The translations under genes were made by a program, and so were the position numbers. The notes under the pieces are model-generated. The model was not told where the DNA came from. It ran no database searches and saw nothing but the letters and a program-made list of their open reading frames with translations. Shown in pieces: positions 49,484-60,900 of a stretch of DNA of 64,000 nucleotides. Every line of letters starts with the position of its first letter. Position 1 is the first letter of the stretch. Origin of the DNA: an uncultured Burkholderiales bacterium (GTDB lineage: Bacteria > Pseudomonadota > Gammaproteobacteria > Burkholderiales > Burkholderiaceae_A); NCBI GenBank assembly GCA_937864175.1, contig CALMJH010000056.1, forward strand, positions 20,880 to 84,879, in the 5' to 3' direction.

Positions 49484-50818
49484 CTAGAGGTAGTCGGGGA
49501 CTGCACAGGTCTTGTGGTGGACATGGTGCTCAAACTCATGCCGGAAGTGCTTTAGGAAGGCGCGCACCGGCATGGCGGCCGCATCGCCCAGGGCACAAAT
49601 AGTGCGGCCCTGAATGTTGTCAGCCACGCGGTTGAGCTGGTCGAGGTCGGCCAAGGTGCCCTGGCCTTCTTCGATGCGCTTGACCAGACGCCAGAGCCAG
49701 CCAGTCCCCTCGCGGCAGGGCGTGCACTGACCGCAGGACTCTTCGTAATAGAAATAAGACAGCCGCAAGAGGCTGCGGACCATGCACCGGCTGTCGTCCA
49801 TGACGATGACCGCGCCCGAGCCCAGCATGGAGCCCACCTTGCTAATGCTGTCGTAGTCCATGTCACAGGCCATCATGATGTCGGCCGGCAGAACCGGCAT
49901 GGACGATCCACCTGGAATGACGGCCTTGAGCTTTCGGCCGTTGCGCACGCCACCGGCCAGTTCGAGCAGCGTGGCAAAGGGGGTGCCCAGCGGCACTTCG
50001 TAGTTGCCCGGCAGGTTGACATCGCCCGAGACGGAGAAGACTTTGGTGCCGCCGTTGTTGGGCTTGCCCACGGCCAAGAAGGCAGCGCCGCCGTTTCGGA
50101 TGATCCAGGGCACGGCCGCAAAGGTCTCGGTGTTGTTGATGGTGGTGGGCTTGCCATAGAGGCCATAGCTGGCGGGAAATGGCGGCTTAAAGCGCGGCTG
50201 GCCCTTCTTACCCTCGATGGATTCGAGCAAGGCCGTCTCCTCGCCACAGATGTAGGCGCCGTAGCCATGGTGGGCATGGAGCTGAAACTCAAAACCCTTG
50301 CCCAGAATGTTTGCCCCTAGGTAGCCCGCTGCCCTTGCCTCTTCCAGGGCCTCTTCAAAACGCTCGTAGGTAGAGAAGATTTCACCGTGGATGTAGTTGT
50401 AGCCCACCGTGATGCCCATGGCATAGGCCGCGATGGCCATGCCCTCGATGACGATGTGGGGGTTGTAGCGCAGGATGTCCCGGTCTTTGAAGGTTCCGGG
50501 CTCGCCTTCGTCGGAGTTGCAGACCAGGTATTTCTGGATGGGCAGCTTGGCCGGCATGAAACTCCACTTCAGGCCTGTGGGAAAGCCTGCACCGCCTCGG
50601 CCGCGCAAAACGCTGGCCTTCACCTCGGCGACAACCTCTTCGGGGGTCATGCCTGGGCCGCCGTCGGCCCCAAGAATTTTCTTTAGGGCCTGATAGCCAC
50701 CGCGGGACTCGTAGTCCTGGAGATGCCAGCCGCCTGGTGTGAGGTCGGCCAAAATTTGTGGCGAGAGGTGACGTCCATGAAAACAGGTCTCCATAACAGC
50801 AATGTCTGCGGCACCCAT
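49484..50818 (-). CDS. nuoF: NADH-quinone oxidoreductase subunit F
   Basis: [48 protein letters not shown]. Confidence 0.98.
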   Translation of the reverse strand: MGAADIAVMETCFHGRHLSPQILADLTPGGWHLQDYESRGGYQALKKILGADGGPGMTPEEVVAEVKASVLRGRGGAGFPTGLKWSFMPAKLPIQKYLVCNSDEGEPGTFKDRDILRYNPHIVIEGMAIAAYAMGITVGYNYIHGEIFSTYERFEEALEEARAAGYLGANILGKGFEFQLHAHHGYGAYICGEETALLESIEGKKGQPRFKPPFPASYGLYGKPTTINNTETFAAVPWIIRNGGAAFLAVGKPNNGGTKVFSVSGDVNLPGNYEVPLGTPFATLLELAGGVRNGRKLKAVIPGGSSMPVLPADIMMACDMDYDSISKVGSMLGSGAVIVMDDSRCMVRSLLRLSYFYYEESCGQCTPCREGTGWLWRLVKRIEEGQGTLADLDQLNRVADNIQGRTICALGDAAAMPVRAFLKHFRHEFEHHVHHKTCAVPDYL

Positions 50819-51412
50819 TTATGCGGCTCCTTTCTGACTCTGCTTGGCACCGGCCGGGCCGGCGGACTTGGCCTGCTCACGAAGCTCTTTGAGCAGGCTG
50901 TCGATCTTGTCGTTGGACATCCAACTGCACATGCGATGGTTGTTAACCAAGACCACCGGGGAGTCCCCACAGGCCCCCATGCACTCGCCCTCTTTCAGGG
51001 TGAAGAGGCCGTCGGCCGTGGTCTGGCCATAGTCGATGCCGAGCTGGGCCTTTAGATAATCAGCCGCCTGATTGCCGTTGCGCAGGGCACAGGGCAGATT
51101 GGTGCAGATGGTGATCTTGAAGCGGCCGGTGAGCCCGTTGTTGTACATGGTGTAGAAGCTGGCCACCTCGTGGACGGCAATCGGCGCCATGCCCAGGTAG
51201 TCGGCGATGTCGGCCTCGATGGCGGGCGTCAGAAAGCCGCACTCGGTCTGCGCAATGCGCAAGGCACTCATGACAGCCGACTGCTTCTGGTCAGCCGGAT
51301 ACTTCTGCAGCTCTTTGTCGATCAGAGCATAGGCAGCGTCAGAGAGCTGACGCAGCGGCTCTTCGCTCAGGGCCATCTGGGTCGACAACGGGCGATTGAC
51401 TTGGGCGCTCAT
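50819..51412 (-). CDS. nuoE: NADH-quinone oxidoreductase subunit E
   Basis: [25 protein letters not shown]. Confidence 0.97.
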   Translation of the reverse strand: MSAQVNRPLSTQMALSEEPLRQLSDAAYALIDKELQKYPADQKQSAVMSALRIAQTECGFLTPAIEADIADYLGMAPIAVHEVASFYTMYNNGLTGRFKITICTNLPCALRNGNQAADYLKAQLGIDYGQTTADGLFTLKEGECMGACGDSPVVLVNNHRMCSWMSNDKIDSLLKELREQAKSAGPAGAKQSQKGAA

Positions 51413-52662
51413 CGGTCGATCTCTCCAAAGACAATGTCCTGGGTGCCAATAATGGTGACAACATCGGCGAGCATGTGACCCCGTGACATCTCGTCGAGGG
51501 CCTGCAGGTGAGCAAAGCCAGGCGCCCGAATCTTGACGCGGTAAGGCATGTTGGCCCCGTCGCTAACCAGGTAAATACCGAACTCGCCCTTGGGATGCTC
51601 GACGGCCGCATAACACTCGCCCTCTGGCACATGAAAGCCCTCCGTAAAGAGCTTGAAGTGGTGGATCAACTCTTCCATGTTGGACTTCATCTCCACTCGG
51701 GCTGGCGGTGCCACCTTGTGGTTGCTGGTCATCACCGGACCTGGGTTTTCGCGCAGCCACTTTACACACTGGGCAATGATGCGGTTGCTTTCACGCATCT
51801 CGGCCATGCGGACCAGGTAACGGTCGTAGCTGTCGCCCTCGGTGCCGACTGGGATGTCGAAGTCGAGCTGGTCGTAGACCTCGTAGGGCTGGTGCTTTCG
51901 CAGGTCGAAGGCAATGCCCGAGCCCCGCAGCATGGGTCCGGTAAAGCCCAGGGCCTGTGCACGCTCGGGGCTGACCACGCCAATGCCCACCAGCCGCTGC
52001 TTCCAGATTCGGTTGTCGGTCAGCAGGGTCTCGTACTCGTCGACACACTTGGGGAAACGCTCGGTGAAGTCTTGGATGAAATCGAGTAAGGAACCAGAGC
52101 GATTGGCATTGAGTTTCTGGGCCGCACGCTTGCTGCGCAGGCCGTTGGTGGCGTACTGCGGCATGGTGTCGGGCAGGTCGCGGTAGACCCCACCAGGACG
52201 GTAGTAAGCCGCATGCATCCTGGCGCCCGAGACCGCCTCGTAGCAGTCCATCAGGTCTTCGCGCTCACGGAAGGCATACAAGAAGACCGCCATGGCCCCA
52301 ACGTCCAGGCCGTGGGCCCCGATCCAGAGCAGGTGATTGAGAATACGGGTGATCTCGTCGAACATGACCCGGATGTACTGGGCCCTGATGGGTACGTCGA
52401 CGCCCAGCAGCTTTTCGATGGCCATGACATAGCCGTGCTCGTTGCACATCATGGAGACATAATCGAGACGGTCCATGTAAGGCACCGACTGCAAGAAGGT
52501 CTTGGACTCGGCCAGCTTTTCGGTACCCCGATGGAGCAGACCAATGTGGGGGTCGGCCCGCTGGACAACCTCGCCATCGAGTTCCAGAACCAGCCGCAGG
52601 ACCCCGTGGGCCGCCGGATGCTGAGGACCGAAGTTCAGGGTGTAGTTCTTAATCTCGGCCAT
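51409..52662 (-). CDS. nuoD: NADH-quinone oxidoreductase subunit D
   Basis: [48 protein letters not shown]; 417 aa from ATG 52662. Confidence 0.98.
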   Translation of the reverse strand: MAEIKNYTLNFGPQHPAAHGVLRLVLELDGEVVQRADPHIGLLHRGTEKLAESKTFLQSVPYMDRLDYVSMMCNEHGYVMAIEKLLGVDVPIRAQYIRVMFDEITRILNHLLWIGAHGLDVGAMAVFLYAFREREDLMDCYEAVSGARMHAAYYRPGGVYRDLPDTMPQYATNGLRSKRAAQKLNANRSGSLLDFIQDFTERFPKCVDEYETLLTDNRIWKQRLVGIGVVSPERAQALGFTGPMLRGSGIAFDLRKHQPYEVYDQLDFDIPVGTEGDSYDRYLVRMAEMRESNRIIAQCVKWLRENPGPVMTSNHKVAPPARVEMKSNMEELIHHFKLFTEGFHVPEGECYAAVEHPKGEFGIYLVSDGANMPYRVKIRAPGFAHLQALDEMSRGHMLADVVTIIGTQDIVFGEIDR

Positions 52663-53275
52663 AGCTCTCTTCTCGAATAACGCGCGGCGTAATGTCACGC
52701 GGCTCGATGGTGACGGGCTGGTAGATCACGCGGCCCTGCTCGGGGTCGTAACGCATCTCGACGTAGCCAGAAACCGGGAAGTCTTTGCGAAAGGGATGGC
52801 CAATAAAGCCATAGTCGGTCAGTAGACGACGCAGGTCTGGATGGCCGTTGAAGGCCACTCCAAAGAGGTCGAAGGCCTCGCGCTCATACCAGTTGGCAGC
52901 TGGCCAGACGTCGGTGAGGCTGTCGACCACCGGCAGGTCGTCATCGGGTGCGAAGACCCGCAGCCGCAGGCGACGGTTGTACTTGACCGACAGCAGGTGG
53001 GTGACCACCGCGAAACGGGGGCCCTGATAGCGCCCCTCTTTATAAGACTGGTAGTCCACGCCGCAGAGGTCGATGAGGGTGGCAAACCGCAGGTCTGCAT
53101 GGTCGCGCAGCAATCGAGCCAGCGCCAGGTAGTTGGCAGCTGGTACCGTGACGGTGACCTCGCCATAGCTCTCGGTGACCGTGAGGTTGGGCGCCAGGCC
53201 ATTGACCAGGGCCACCAGCGGATTGGTGGGAGCGGCCGTCTCGGTCGACCCAGCGGGGTTGGTGGTCTGGTCCAT
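52649..53275 (-). CDS. nuoC: NADH-quinone oxidoreductase subunit C
   Basis: [43 protein letters not shown]. Confidence 0.97.
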   Translation of the reverse strand: MDQTTNPAGSTETAAPTNPLVALVNGLAPNLTVTESYGEVTVTVPAANYLALARLLRDHADLRFATLIDLCGVDYQSYKEGRYQGPRFAVVTHLLSVKYNRRLRLRVFAPDDDLPVVDSLTDVWPAANWYEREAFDLFGVAFNGHPDLRRLLTDYGFIGHPFRKDFPVSGYVEMRYDPEQGRVIYQPVTIEPRDITPRVIREESYGRD

Positions 53276-53290
53276 GGGGTTGCCGTTTGC

Positions 53291-53770
53291 CTAGTCGCGC
53301 GCGATGGTGTTGGTGCGCTTGATTTTCTGTTGCAGCTGAATAATGCCGTAGAGCAGGGCCTCGGCCGTCGGGGGGCAGCCCGGCACATAGATGTCCACCG
53401 GCACAATTCGGTCGCAGCCACGCACCACAGAATAGGAGTAGTGGTAGTAGCCCCCGCCGTTGGCACAGGAACCCATGCTGATGACCCAGCGAGGCTCTGG
53501 CATCTGGTCGTAGACCTTGCGCAGGGCTGGGGCCATCTTGTTGCACAAGGTTCCCGCCACGATCATGAGGTCGGACTGACGGGGGCTGGGTCGAAAGACC
53601 ACGCCGAAGCGGTCGAGGTCGTAGCGCGAGGCGCCGGCATGCATCATCTCGACGGCGCAGCAGGCTAGGCCAAAGGTCATGGGCCAGAGCGAACCGGTGC
53701 GCGTCCAGTTGATGACCTGGTCGGCCGTGGTGGTGATGAAGCCTTCTTTAAGGATGCCGTCGATTGCCAT
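53291..53770 (-). CDS. nuoB: NADH-quinone oxidoreductase subunit B
   Basis: [34 protein letters not shown]. Confidence 0.98.
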   Translation of the reverse strand: MAIDGILKEGFITTTADQVINWTRTGSLWPMTFGLACCAVEMMHAGASRYDLDRFGVVFRPSPRQSDLMIVAGTLCNKMAPALRKVYDQMPEPRWVISMGSCANGGGYYHYSYSVVRGCDRIVPVDIYVPGCPPTAEALLYGIIQLQQKIKRTNTIARD

Positions 53771-53797
53771 GGTGTCTCGCTATAGAAGGGTGTATTG

Positions 53798-54157
53798 CTA
53801 CTCCCAGTCCAGCGCCCCTTTCATCCACTCGTAGACAAAGCCCAGGACCAAGATGGCCAGAAAGACCATCATGGCCATAAAGCCAAAAAAGCCGATTTCT
53901 TTCAGGCTGACTGCCCAGGGAAACAGAAAGGCGATCTCGAGATCGAACAAAATGAAGAGAATGGCGACGAGGTAGTAGCGGACGTCGAACTGCATGCGGG
54001 CGTCTTCGAAGGCCTCAAAGCCGCACTCATAGGGGGAGAGCTTCTGGGCATCGGGCCGATGAGGACCAATGAGTGCCCCGAGCACCATGGGACCAACGCC
54101 GACGGCGATTCCCACCAGAATGAACAACAGAACCGGCAGATACGGCTCTAAGCTCAT
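53798..54157 (-). CDS. nuoA: NADH-quinone oxidoreductase subunit A
   Basis: [37 protein letters not shown]. Confidence 0.98.
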   Translation of the reverse strand: MSLEPYLPVLLFILVGIAVGVGPMVLGALIGPHRPDAQKLSPYECGFEAFEDARMQFDVRYYLVAILFILFDLEIAFLFPWAVSLKEIGFFGFMAMMVFLAILVLGFVYEWMKGALDWE

Positions 54158-54228
54158 AAGTCTCCTTTCAAGACCCCCGGACCGCCACCCAAACCGACGG
54201 TTTGCGATAGCGCTTTCTTTACTGTCAT

Positions 54229-54313
54229 TGGTGCCGACGGCGAGACTCGAACTCGCACAGCTTACGCCACTACCCCCTCAAGATAGCGTGTCTACCAATT
54301 CCACCACGTCGGC
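54229..54313 (-). tRNA. tRNA-Leu (GAG)
   Basis: Reverse complement GCCGACGTGGTGGAATTGGTAGACACGCTATCTTGAGGGGGTAGTGGCGTAAGCTGTGCGAGTTCGAGTCTCGCCGTCGGCACCA; 85 nt; canonical secG-leuU-nuoA order. Confidence 0.97.
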
Positions 54314-54401
54314 ACAGCTTTTTTTACAACCTATGTAACTCCTGAGCTGGCTGCGAGGCTTGATGCAACCGGCTTACTGCGAATTCCACCAGTCAAAAAT
54401 G

Positions 54402-54791
54402 CTACTGCTTGGGAATCTGATCGACTGCCGTTGCTGGCTTGGCTGGTGCAGCGGGCGCAGCCGCTGGCGCCGCCTGACCTTCAACGGCCGGTGTCGAAGT
54501 GGATCCCGGAATGGCCTCCATGATACCTGTTCCACCGGATGACCGACGGATGTCCTTGGCACCGAACTGGGCAAGTGCCAGCGTGCTGGCGAAGAACACC
54601 ACCGCCATGATGGCCGTGAAACGTGACAGGAAGTTGGCAGAACCGGAGGCCCCGAAAACCGAGCCCGAAGAGCCTGAGCCGAAGGCTGCCCCCATGTCTG
54701 CACCCTTGCCCTGCTGGAGCAGCACCAAAACAATAATGGCCAAGGCCGCAACCACCTGCACCACCATTAGAAAACTGACTAACCAACCCAT
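54402..54791 (-). CDS. secG: Preprotein translocase subunit SecG
   Basis: LLQQGKGADMGAAFGSGSSGSVFGASGSANFLSR. Confidence 0.97.
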   Translation of the reverse strand: MGWLVSFLMVVQVVAALAIIVLVLLQQGKGADMGAAFGSGSSGSVFGASGSANFLSRFTAIMAVVFFASTLALAQFGAKDIRRSSGGTGIMEAIPGSTSTPAVEGQAAPAAAPAAPAKPATAVDQIPKQ

Positions 54792-54817
54792 GTTGTCATC
54801 CTTCGACGAGGCAATGA

Positions 54818-55612
54818 TTAAAGAAGACCCAGGCGCCCTGCCCTCTGGTGGGCCGCCTGCAAAATACCGCTCATATCCGCCATGTCGAGCGAGGCGCCTC
54901 CAACCAACCCCCCGTCGATGTCGGGCTGAGCAAAGAGCTCTTGGCTGTTCGAGGCCTTGACGCTACCGCCATAGAGAATTCGAACCTGGTTGGCCACCTG
55001 CGGGTGTAGACCCGCCAGGGCCCCACGAATCTGGGCATGCATGGCCTGGGCATCGTCGGCACTGGCGGTCTTGCCCGTGCCGATCGCCCAGATGGGCTCG
55101 TAGGCCACCGCCAGACGGGTGAGTTGGTCGGCCGAAAGCCCCTTCAGTGCAGCTTTTACCTGGCCACAGACCACCTCAGCAGCCTGGCCCGCCTCTCGCT
55201 GTGCGAGAGACTCGCCTACGCAGAGTACCGGCAGAATGTTCGCCGACAGCAGGGCCTGGAGTTTGGCTGCGATCTGGGCGTCGGTCTCCTGGTGACGAGC
55301 CCGCCGCTCAGAGTGACCCACCAGACAAAAATTCACCTCAAAGTCTTGCAGCATGGCTGTGCTGACCTCGCCGGTAAAGGCACCCTTGGGCTGGTCTGAG
55401 CAGTCCTGGGCACCCCAGAGAAAGCCAGTGCCCTTCAGGCGGACGGCCGCCTGAAAGAGATAGGGGGCCGGAACCGCAAATCCTGCCTGAAGTCCGCCTG
55501 CCGACAGCAGCCCAGCGGAGGACTCGAGCAGCCCACTCATGAGCTGCTCGTTGGCGACCATATCGCCGTTCATCTTCCAGTTGCCCAGGGCCAGCGGTTG
55601 ACGAGCTGTCAT
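54818..55612 (-). CDS. tpiA: Triosephosphate isomerase
   Basis: GNWKMN, GAFTGEVS, VGHSERR, AYEPIWAIGTG, LYGGSVK, DGGLVGGASL. Confidence 0.98.
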   Translation of the reverse strand: MTARQPLALGNWKMNGDMVANEQLMSGLLESSAGLLSAGGLQAGFAVPAPYLFQAAVRLKGTGFLWGAQDCSDQPKGAFTGEVSTAMLQDFEVNFCLVGHSERRARHQETDAQIAAKLQALLSANILPVLCVGESLAQREAGQAAEVVCGQVKAALKGLSADQLTRLAVAYEPIWAIGTGKTASADDAQAMHAQIRGALAGLHPQVANQVRILYGGSVKASNSQELFAQPDIDGGLVGGASLDMADMSGILQAAHQRAGRLGLL

Positions 55613-55636
55613 AGCGATTGGCAAAGCGAAGCCGGG

Positions 55637-57769
55637 TTATTCAGCGGCTGCGACGGGCTGCTCGCCCTGTGGGGCCTCTAGCAGCGCCTTCATGGACAGA
55701 CGCAGACGACCCTTCTCGTCGGCCTCTAGTACCTTGACCCGTACCACCTGACCTTCTTTGACGTAGTCGCTGACCTGGTTCACCCGCTCGTTGGCGATCT
55801 GCGAGATGTGCAGCAGGCCGTCTTTGCCCGGGAGAATCTGAACAATCGCACCGAACTCCAGCAGGCGCAGCACAGTGCCCTCGTAGGTCTTGCCCACCTC
55901 GACTTCTGCGGTGAGTTCGTGGATGCGGGCCATGGCCGCACGGGCTGCGTCACCCGAGGTGGCGGCGATGGTAATGGAGCCGTCTTCCTGGATGTCGATG
56001 GTGGTGCCCGTCTCTTCGGTGATGGCGCGGATGGTGGAACCGCCCTTGCCGATGACGTCACGAATGCGCTCGGGGTTGATCTTCATCTGGTAGAGACGGG
56101 GAGCGAACTCAGAGAGCTCGGACCTGGCGCCGCCCATGGCCGCCTTCATCTTGCCCAGAATGTGCAGCCGTGCCTCTTGGGCCTGGGCCAGAGCCACCTG
56201 CATGATTTCTTTGGTGATGCCCTGGATCTTGATGTCCATCTGAAGGGCCGTCACGCCGATCTCGGAGCCGGCTACTTTGAAGTCCATGTCACCCAGGTGG
56301 TCTTCGTCGCCCAGGATGTCGGTCAGCACGGCAAACCGGCCACCTTCTTTAATAAGGCCCATGGCAATGCCGGCCACGTGGGCCTTCATGGGCACGCCAG
56401 CGTCCATCAGAGCCAGGCAGCCGCCACAGACCGAGGCCATGGAGGACGAGCCGTTGGACTCGGTGATCTCGGAGACCACGCGCATGGCGTAGGCGAAGTC
56501 CTCGGGGTTTGGCAGGACTGCCGCCAGGGCCCGCTTGGCCAGTCGTCCATGGCCGATTTCGCGGCGCTTGGGCGTACCCACGCGACCACACTCACCGGTG
56601 GCATATGGGGGCATGTTGTAGTGGAGCATGAAGCGGTCACGGTACTCGCCAGACAGCGCGTCGATAATCTGCTCGTCACGGTTGGTGCCCAGAGTGGCCA
56701 CCACCAGTGCCTGGGTCTCACCCCGGGTAAAGAGGGCAGAACCGTGGGTCCGGGGCAAGACGCCCGTGCGGATCTCGATGGGGCGAACCGTGCGGGTGTC
56801 GCGGCCGTCGATGCGGGGCTCACCGCTGAGGATCTGGCCACGCACCACGGCGGACTCCAGACCAAACAGGGTGTCGGCAATGAGGTTGCCATCGAGGGTC
56901 TTGCCTGCGGCGGCGGCCTCGGCTGTGACCGTCTCTTCGACCTTGGCGTAGATGTCTTTGATGCGCTGGGAGCGCTCTTGCTTGTTGCGCAGACCGTAGG
57001 CGGCCTTGAGGTCGGCTTCGGCCAGGGCCTTGATGCGCGAGACCGTGGTCTCGTCCTTGGGGGCTGGCTGCCAGTCCCACTCAGGCTTGCCGGCTTTCTC
57101 GACCAGGCGGTTAATGGCGCCAATGGCTGCACGCATCTGATCGTGGCCAAAGACCACAGCGCCCAGCATGACCTCTTCGGAGAGCTGATCAGCCTCGGAC
57201 TCGACCATGAGCACGGCCGACTCGGTGCCAGCAACTACCAAGTCCATGCGGGACTCTTTGAGCTGGCTGAGTGTGGGGTTCAGGACATATTGGTTGTTGA
57301 TGTAGCCAACGCGGGCTGCACCGATGGGGCCGTGGAAGGGCACGCCGGAGATGGCCAGCGCAGCCGAGGAGCCGATCATGGCGGCAATGTCAGGGTCGAC
57401 CTCGGGGTTCAGGGACATGACCGTGGCCACGACCTGGACTTCGTTGTAAAAGCCCTCGGGGAAGAGCGGACGAATGGGCCGATCGATGAGACGGCTGGTC
57501 AGGGTCTCTTTTTCGCTGGGACGGCCCTCGCGCTTGAAAAAGCCACCGGGGATCTTGCCCGCAGCGTAGGTCTTTTCCATGTAATCGACGGTGAGGGGGA
57601 AGAAGTCTTGTCCGGGCTTGGCCGATTTGGCGGCCACAACGGTCGCCAGAACCACGGTGCCCTCGATGTCAACCATGACTGCACCGCCGGCCTGACGAGC
57701 AATCTCGCCGGTCTCGAGGGTGACGGTGTGTTGACCGTACTGGAAGGATTCTTTTGCAATGTTGAACAC
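55637..57769 (-). CDS. pnp: Polyribonucleotide nucleotidyltransferase
   Basis: [55 protein letters not shown] and S1 domains. Confidence 0.98.
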   Translation of the reverse strand: MFNIAKESFQYGQHTVTLETGEIARQAGGAVMVDIEGTVVLATVVAAKSAKPGQDFFPLTVDYMEKTYAAGKIPGGFFKREGRPSEKETLTSRLIDRPIRPLFPEGFYNEVQVVATVMSLNPEVDPDIAAMIGSSAALAISGVPFHGPIGAARVGYINNQYVLNPTLSQLKESRMDLVVAGTESAVLMVESEADQLSEEVMLGAVVFGHDQMRAAIGAINRLVEKAGKPEWDWQPAPKDETTVSRIKALAEADLKAAYGLRNKQERSQRIKDIYAKVEETVTAEAAAAGKTLDGNLIADTLFGLESAVVRGQILSGEPRIDGRDTRTVRPIEIRTGVLPRTHGSALFTRGETQALVVATLGTNRDEQIIDALSGEYRDRFMLHYNMPPYATGECGRVGTPKRREIGHGRLAKRALAAVLPNPEDFAYAMRVVSEITESNGSSSMASVCGGCLALMDAGVPMKAHVAGIAMGLIKEGGRFAVLTDILGDEDHLGDMDFKVAGSEIGVTALQMDIKIQGITKEIMQVALAQAQEARLHILGKMKAAMGGARSELSEFAPRLYQMKINPERIRDVIGKGGSTIRAITEETGTTIDIQEDGSITIAATSGDAARAAMARIHELTAEVEVGKTYEGTVLRLLEFGAIVQILPGKDGLLHISQIANERVNQVSDYVKEGQVVRVKVLEADEKGRLRLSMKALLEAPQGEQPVAAAE

Positions 57770-57852
57770 GTTTGTTCCTTTATCTCAATAAATTGCAAGC
57801 CACCAATCCGCATGCAGGACGGCCGACCGGAGGAGACCCGGAAGACCGCAAC

Positions 57853-57888
57853 AAAAAAGCCAGCTCAGGGTCTTGGTCTGAACTGGCT
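57853..57888 (-). terminator. Intrinsic terminator after rpsO
   Basis: AGCCAGTTCAG-loop-CTGAGCTGGCT followed by TTTTT on the minus strand. Confidence 0.8.
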
Positions 57889-57897
57889 CGCATGTTG

Positions 57898-58179
57898 TTA
57901 CTTGCGCAGACCCAGGCGCTCAATCAGCGAGCGGTAGGTTGGCAGGTTGGTACGCTTGATGTAGTCCAGCAGCTTGCGACGGCGGCTAACCATTTTGAGC
58001 AGGCCGCGACGCGAGTGGTGGTCTTTGGCATGCGCTTTGAAGTGCTCGGTGAGTTCGTTGATTCGGTTGGTGAGCAGAGCAACCTGGACTTCCGGGGATC
58101 CGGTATCACCCTGGGCGCGGGCGAAGCTGGAGACGATCGTGGCCGTTTTGGCCGTTTTTTCAGGCGTCACAACTGACAT
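57898..58179 (-). CDS. rpsO: 30S ribosomal protein S15
   Basis: [35 protein letters not shown]. Confidence 0.99.
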   Translation of the reverse strand: MSVVTPEKTAKTATIVSSFARAQGDTGSPEVQVALLTNRINELTEHFKAHAKDHHSRRGLLKMVSRRRKLLDYIKRTNLPTYRSLIERLGLRK

Positions 58180-58259
58180 GTGGCATTCCTTTATGAAAGG
58201 GTGGACTTGCGGTGCACCTGCCAGGGCACACCGTGCTTTTTCAACAACTTAGACGACGG

Positions 58260-58288
58260 AGTATAGGAGAAAACCCCGGGTCACGCAA
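58260..58288 (-). promoter_or_regulatory. sigma70 promoter of rpsO-pnp
   Basis: TTGCGT-17 nt-TATACT about 80 nt upstream of the rpsO ATG. Confidence 0.75.
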
Positions 58289-58350
58289 GGTAGGGGGCGG
58301 GCCCCGGTCAGCCCCGGTCGACCGAGGTCGGCCGCGGCCGGCCGGCACCT

Positions 58351-59883
58351 CTAGGGCTGCTGGGGATTGGCCTTGGGGGCGGTCGCCAGCCGGTTGAGGG
58401 CGTTGAGGTAGGCCCTGGCCGAGGCCACGACGATGTCCGGGTCGGCCCCCATGCCATTGACGATCCGGCCGTCCTTGGAGAGTCGCATGGTGACCTCGCC
58501 CTGGGACTCGGTCCCGGTGGTGATGGCATTGACCGAAAAGAGCAGCAGCTCTGCTCCACTCTTGACCTGGTGCTCAATGGCCCGAACCGTGGCATCCACC
58601 GGTCCGTTGCCCTGAGACTCAGAGGCGACCTCCTTGCCATCAATCGAGAAGACCACCCTGCTCACGGGCTTCTCGCCCATCTCAGAGCGCTGGGCCAGCG
58701 AGACGAGTTTGAACTTGTCGTCTTTTTCCTCGACCTCGCCCATCACCAGGGCCTGGAGGTCTTCATCAAAGATTTCAGACTTGCGGTCGGCAAGTTCTTT
58801 GAAACGCGCAAAGGCCTCGTTCAAGGCCTGCTCGCTCTCGAGCTCGATGCCAATGGCCTGGAGCCGCTGGCGGAAGGCATTTCGGCCAGACAGCTTGCCC
58901 AAGACGATGCGGTTGGCCGTCCAGCCAACGTCTTCGGCCCGCATGATCTCGTAGGTCTCGCGGTGCTTGAGCACGCCGTCTTGGTGAATGCCAGACTCAT
59001 GGGCAAAGGCATTGGCGCCAACGATGGCCTTGTTGGGCTGAACTGGGTAGCCGGTGATCTGAGAGACCAGGCGCGAGGCCGGAACAATCTGCGAGGCATC
59101 GATGTTGCTGTCGCAGCCAAAGACGTCGCGGCGGGTCTTCACGGCCATGACGATTTCCTCCAGGCTGGCGTTGCCAGCCCGCTCGCCCAGTCCGTTGATG
59201 GTGCACTCCACCTGCCGAGCCCCTGACAAGACGGCCTGGAGGGAGTTGGCCACGGCCATGCCCAGGTCGTTGTGGCAGTGGGTAGACCAGACCACGTTCT
59301 TGGCGCCGGGAGTCTTGGCAATGAGCTGGGCCATTCGGTCGCCCCACTGGCCCGGCACGCTGTAGCCCACGGTGTCGGGCACGTTGATCGTCTTGGCCCC
59401 GGCCTTGATGACCTCGCCAAAGACCCGGATCAGGAAGTCAATGTCAGAGCGGACCGCATCCTCAGCCGAGAACTCCACGTCGTCGGTGAACTGCCCTGCG
59501 AACTTGACCGCTGCCACGGCGGCCTCGACCACCTGGTCAGGGCTCATCCTCAGCTTTTTCTCCATGTGAATGGGGCTGGTGGCAATAAAGGTGTGGATGC
59601 GCTTGCGGGCGGCTGGGGCAACGGCCTCCCCTGCCGTCCGAATGTCTTTCTCGGTGGCCCTGGCCAGTGAGCAGACCGTGCTGTCTTTGATGGACTCGGC
59701 CACGGCTCGAACGGCCTCAAAGTCACCGGGACTGGCCGCGGCAAAGCCGGCCTCAATCACATCAACGCGCAGGCGCTCGAGCTGGCGAGCGATACGGACT
59801 TTCTCGTCCTTGGTCATGGAGGCGCCGGGGCTCTGCTCACCGTCTCGCAAGGTGGTGTCAAAAATGATCAACTGGTCCGACAT
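58351..59883 (-). CDS. leuA: 2-isopropylmalate synthase
   Basis: [55 protein letters not shown]; start at ATG 59883 with AAAGGA SD. Confidence 0.98.
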   Translation of the reverse strand: MSDQLIIFDTTLRDGEQSPGASMTKDEKVRIARQLERLRVDVIEAGFAAASPGDFEAVRAVAESIKDSTVCSLARATEKDIRTAGEAVAPAARKRIHTFIATSPIHMEKKLRMSPDQVVEAAVAAVKFAGQFTDDVEFSAEDAVRSDIDFLIRVFGEVIKAGAKTINVPDTVGYSVPGQWGDRMAQLIAKTPGAKNVVWSTHCHNDLGMAVANSLQAVLSGARQVECTINGLGERAGNASLEEIVMAVKTRRDVFGCDSNIDASQIVPASRLVSQITGYPVQPNKAIVGANAFAHESGIHQDGVLKHRETYEIMRAEDVGWTANRIVLGKLSGRNAFRQRLQAIGIELESEQALNEAFARFKELADRKSEIFDEDLQALVMGEVEEKDDKFKLVSLAQRSEMGEKPVSRVVFSIDGKEVASESQGNGPVDATVRAIEHQVKSGAELLLFSVNAITTGTESQGEVTMRLSKDGRIVNGMGADPDIVVASARAYLNALNRLATAPKANPQQP

Positions 59884-60015
59884 GGCTGGTCCTTTATCCA
59901 AAAATCGCTGTCCGGCCTCTGTGGCCGACAGGCGAGGTCCCGAAGGGGCGGGTTTGTAGGGTGATTGTATGTCCGCGTGAGGCGAGGCTGGCGCGGACTG
60001 CCAGCAGCGGGGTCG

Positions 60016-60111
60016 TTAGGTGCGCGCGCGGCGCAGTCGACCCCGTTGAGCGGCTAGACCTAGCAGGCTCAGCAAGAAAACAGCAGACAGGGCGAAGAGT
60101 TCGAACGACAT
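60016..60111 (-). CDS. leuA leader peptide, 31 aa (attenuation-type control; not in ORF track)
   Basis: MSFELFALSAVFLLSLLGLAAQRGRLRRART*; 8 Leu codons, five within 7 codons including two CTA; CGGGGTCG/CGACCCCG helix spans the stop. Confidence 0.75.
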   Translation of the reverse strand: MSFELFALSAVFLLSLLGLAAQRGRLRRART

Positions 60112-60120
60112 AGGAAAAGA

Positions 60121-60900
60121 CTATAAATCTTTCTTTTCCGATTCGGCAAACAAAACCACGTCTCTGCCGTGGGATTTTTGCCACAGATAGACGGCATAGC
60201 CCGAGAGCCCATAGGCCGAAACCAGCAAAAAGAGCATCGAGGGCGGGTCTTGAGAGATGAGCACCAGCACCAGGGCGCCCAGGGCAATAAAAATGAACGG
60301 CACGCTGCGGCGCAGGTTCACGTCTTTGAAGCTGTAAAAAGGCACGCTGCTCACCATGGTGACGCCGGCATAGACCGTCAGGCCCCAGACCAGCCAGACC
60401 AGGTCGGTGACGGCATGCGTGATGAGCCGGGTCTCGCGCAGGTCGGTGACCAGCCAGATAAAGCCCGCCACCAGGGCTGCTGCTGCAGGACTGGGCAGGC
60501 CCTGAAAAAAGCGCTTGTCGACCACGCCGGCGTTGGTGTTGAACCGGGCCAGCCGAAGGGCCGCACCCGCCACATAGATAAAGGCAGCCAGCCAGCCCAG
60601 TTTGCCCATGCCCTGCAAGGCCCACTCGTAGGCGATAAGGGCCGGAGCCACACCAAAAGAGACCATATCGGCAAGGCTGTCGTAGTTGGCCCCGAAGTCA
60701 CTGGTGGTGTTGGTAAGGCGGGCCACACGGCCGTCGAGGCTATCGAGCACCATGGCAACGAAGATGGCCACCGAGGCCTGGGCGAACTGGTTGTTCATCG
60801 CCATGACAATGGCGTAAAAGCCACTGAACAGGCAGGCGGTGGTGAAGAGGTTGGGCAGCAGGTAGATGCTCTGCCGCCGACGGGGATTACGCCTTTGCAT
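60121..60900 (-). CDS. pssA: CDP-diacylglycerol-serine O-phosphatidyltransferase
   Basis: [56 protein letters not shown]; start 60900 or 60909. Confidence 0.95.
   Translation of the reverse strand: MQRRNPRRRQSIYLLPNLFTTACLFSGFYAIVMAMNNQFAQASVAIFVAMVLDSLDGRVARLTNTTSDFGANYDSLADMVSFGVAPALIAYEWALQGMGKLGWLAAFIYVAGAALRLARFNTNAGVVDKRFFQGLPSPAAAALVAGFIWLVTDLRETRLITHAVTDLVWLVWGLTVYAGVTMVSSVPFYSFKDVNLRRSVPFIFIALGALVLVLISQDPPSMLFLLVSAYGLSGYAVYLWQKSHGRDVVLFAESEKKDL

Noticed and set aside
55808-57937. 709-aa plus-strand ORF opposite pnp, and similar long antisense ORFs (42496-43878, 4324-5055, 1940-2836, 52841-53668)
   Set aside because: They mirror strongly conserved genes codon for codon, as expected from GC-rich codon bias, and show no recognisable motifs or start signals.
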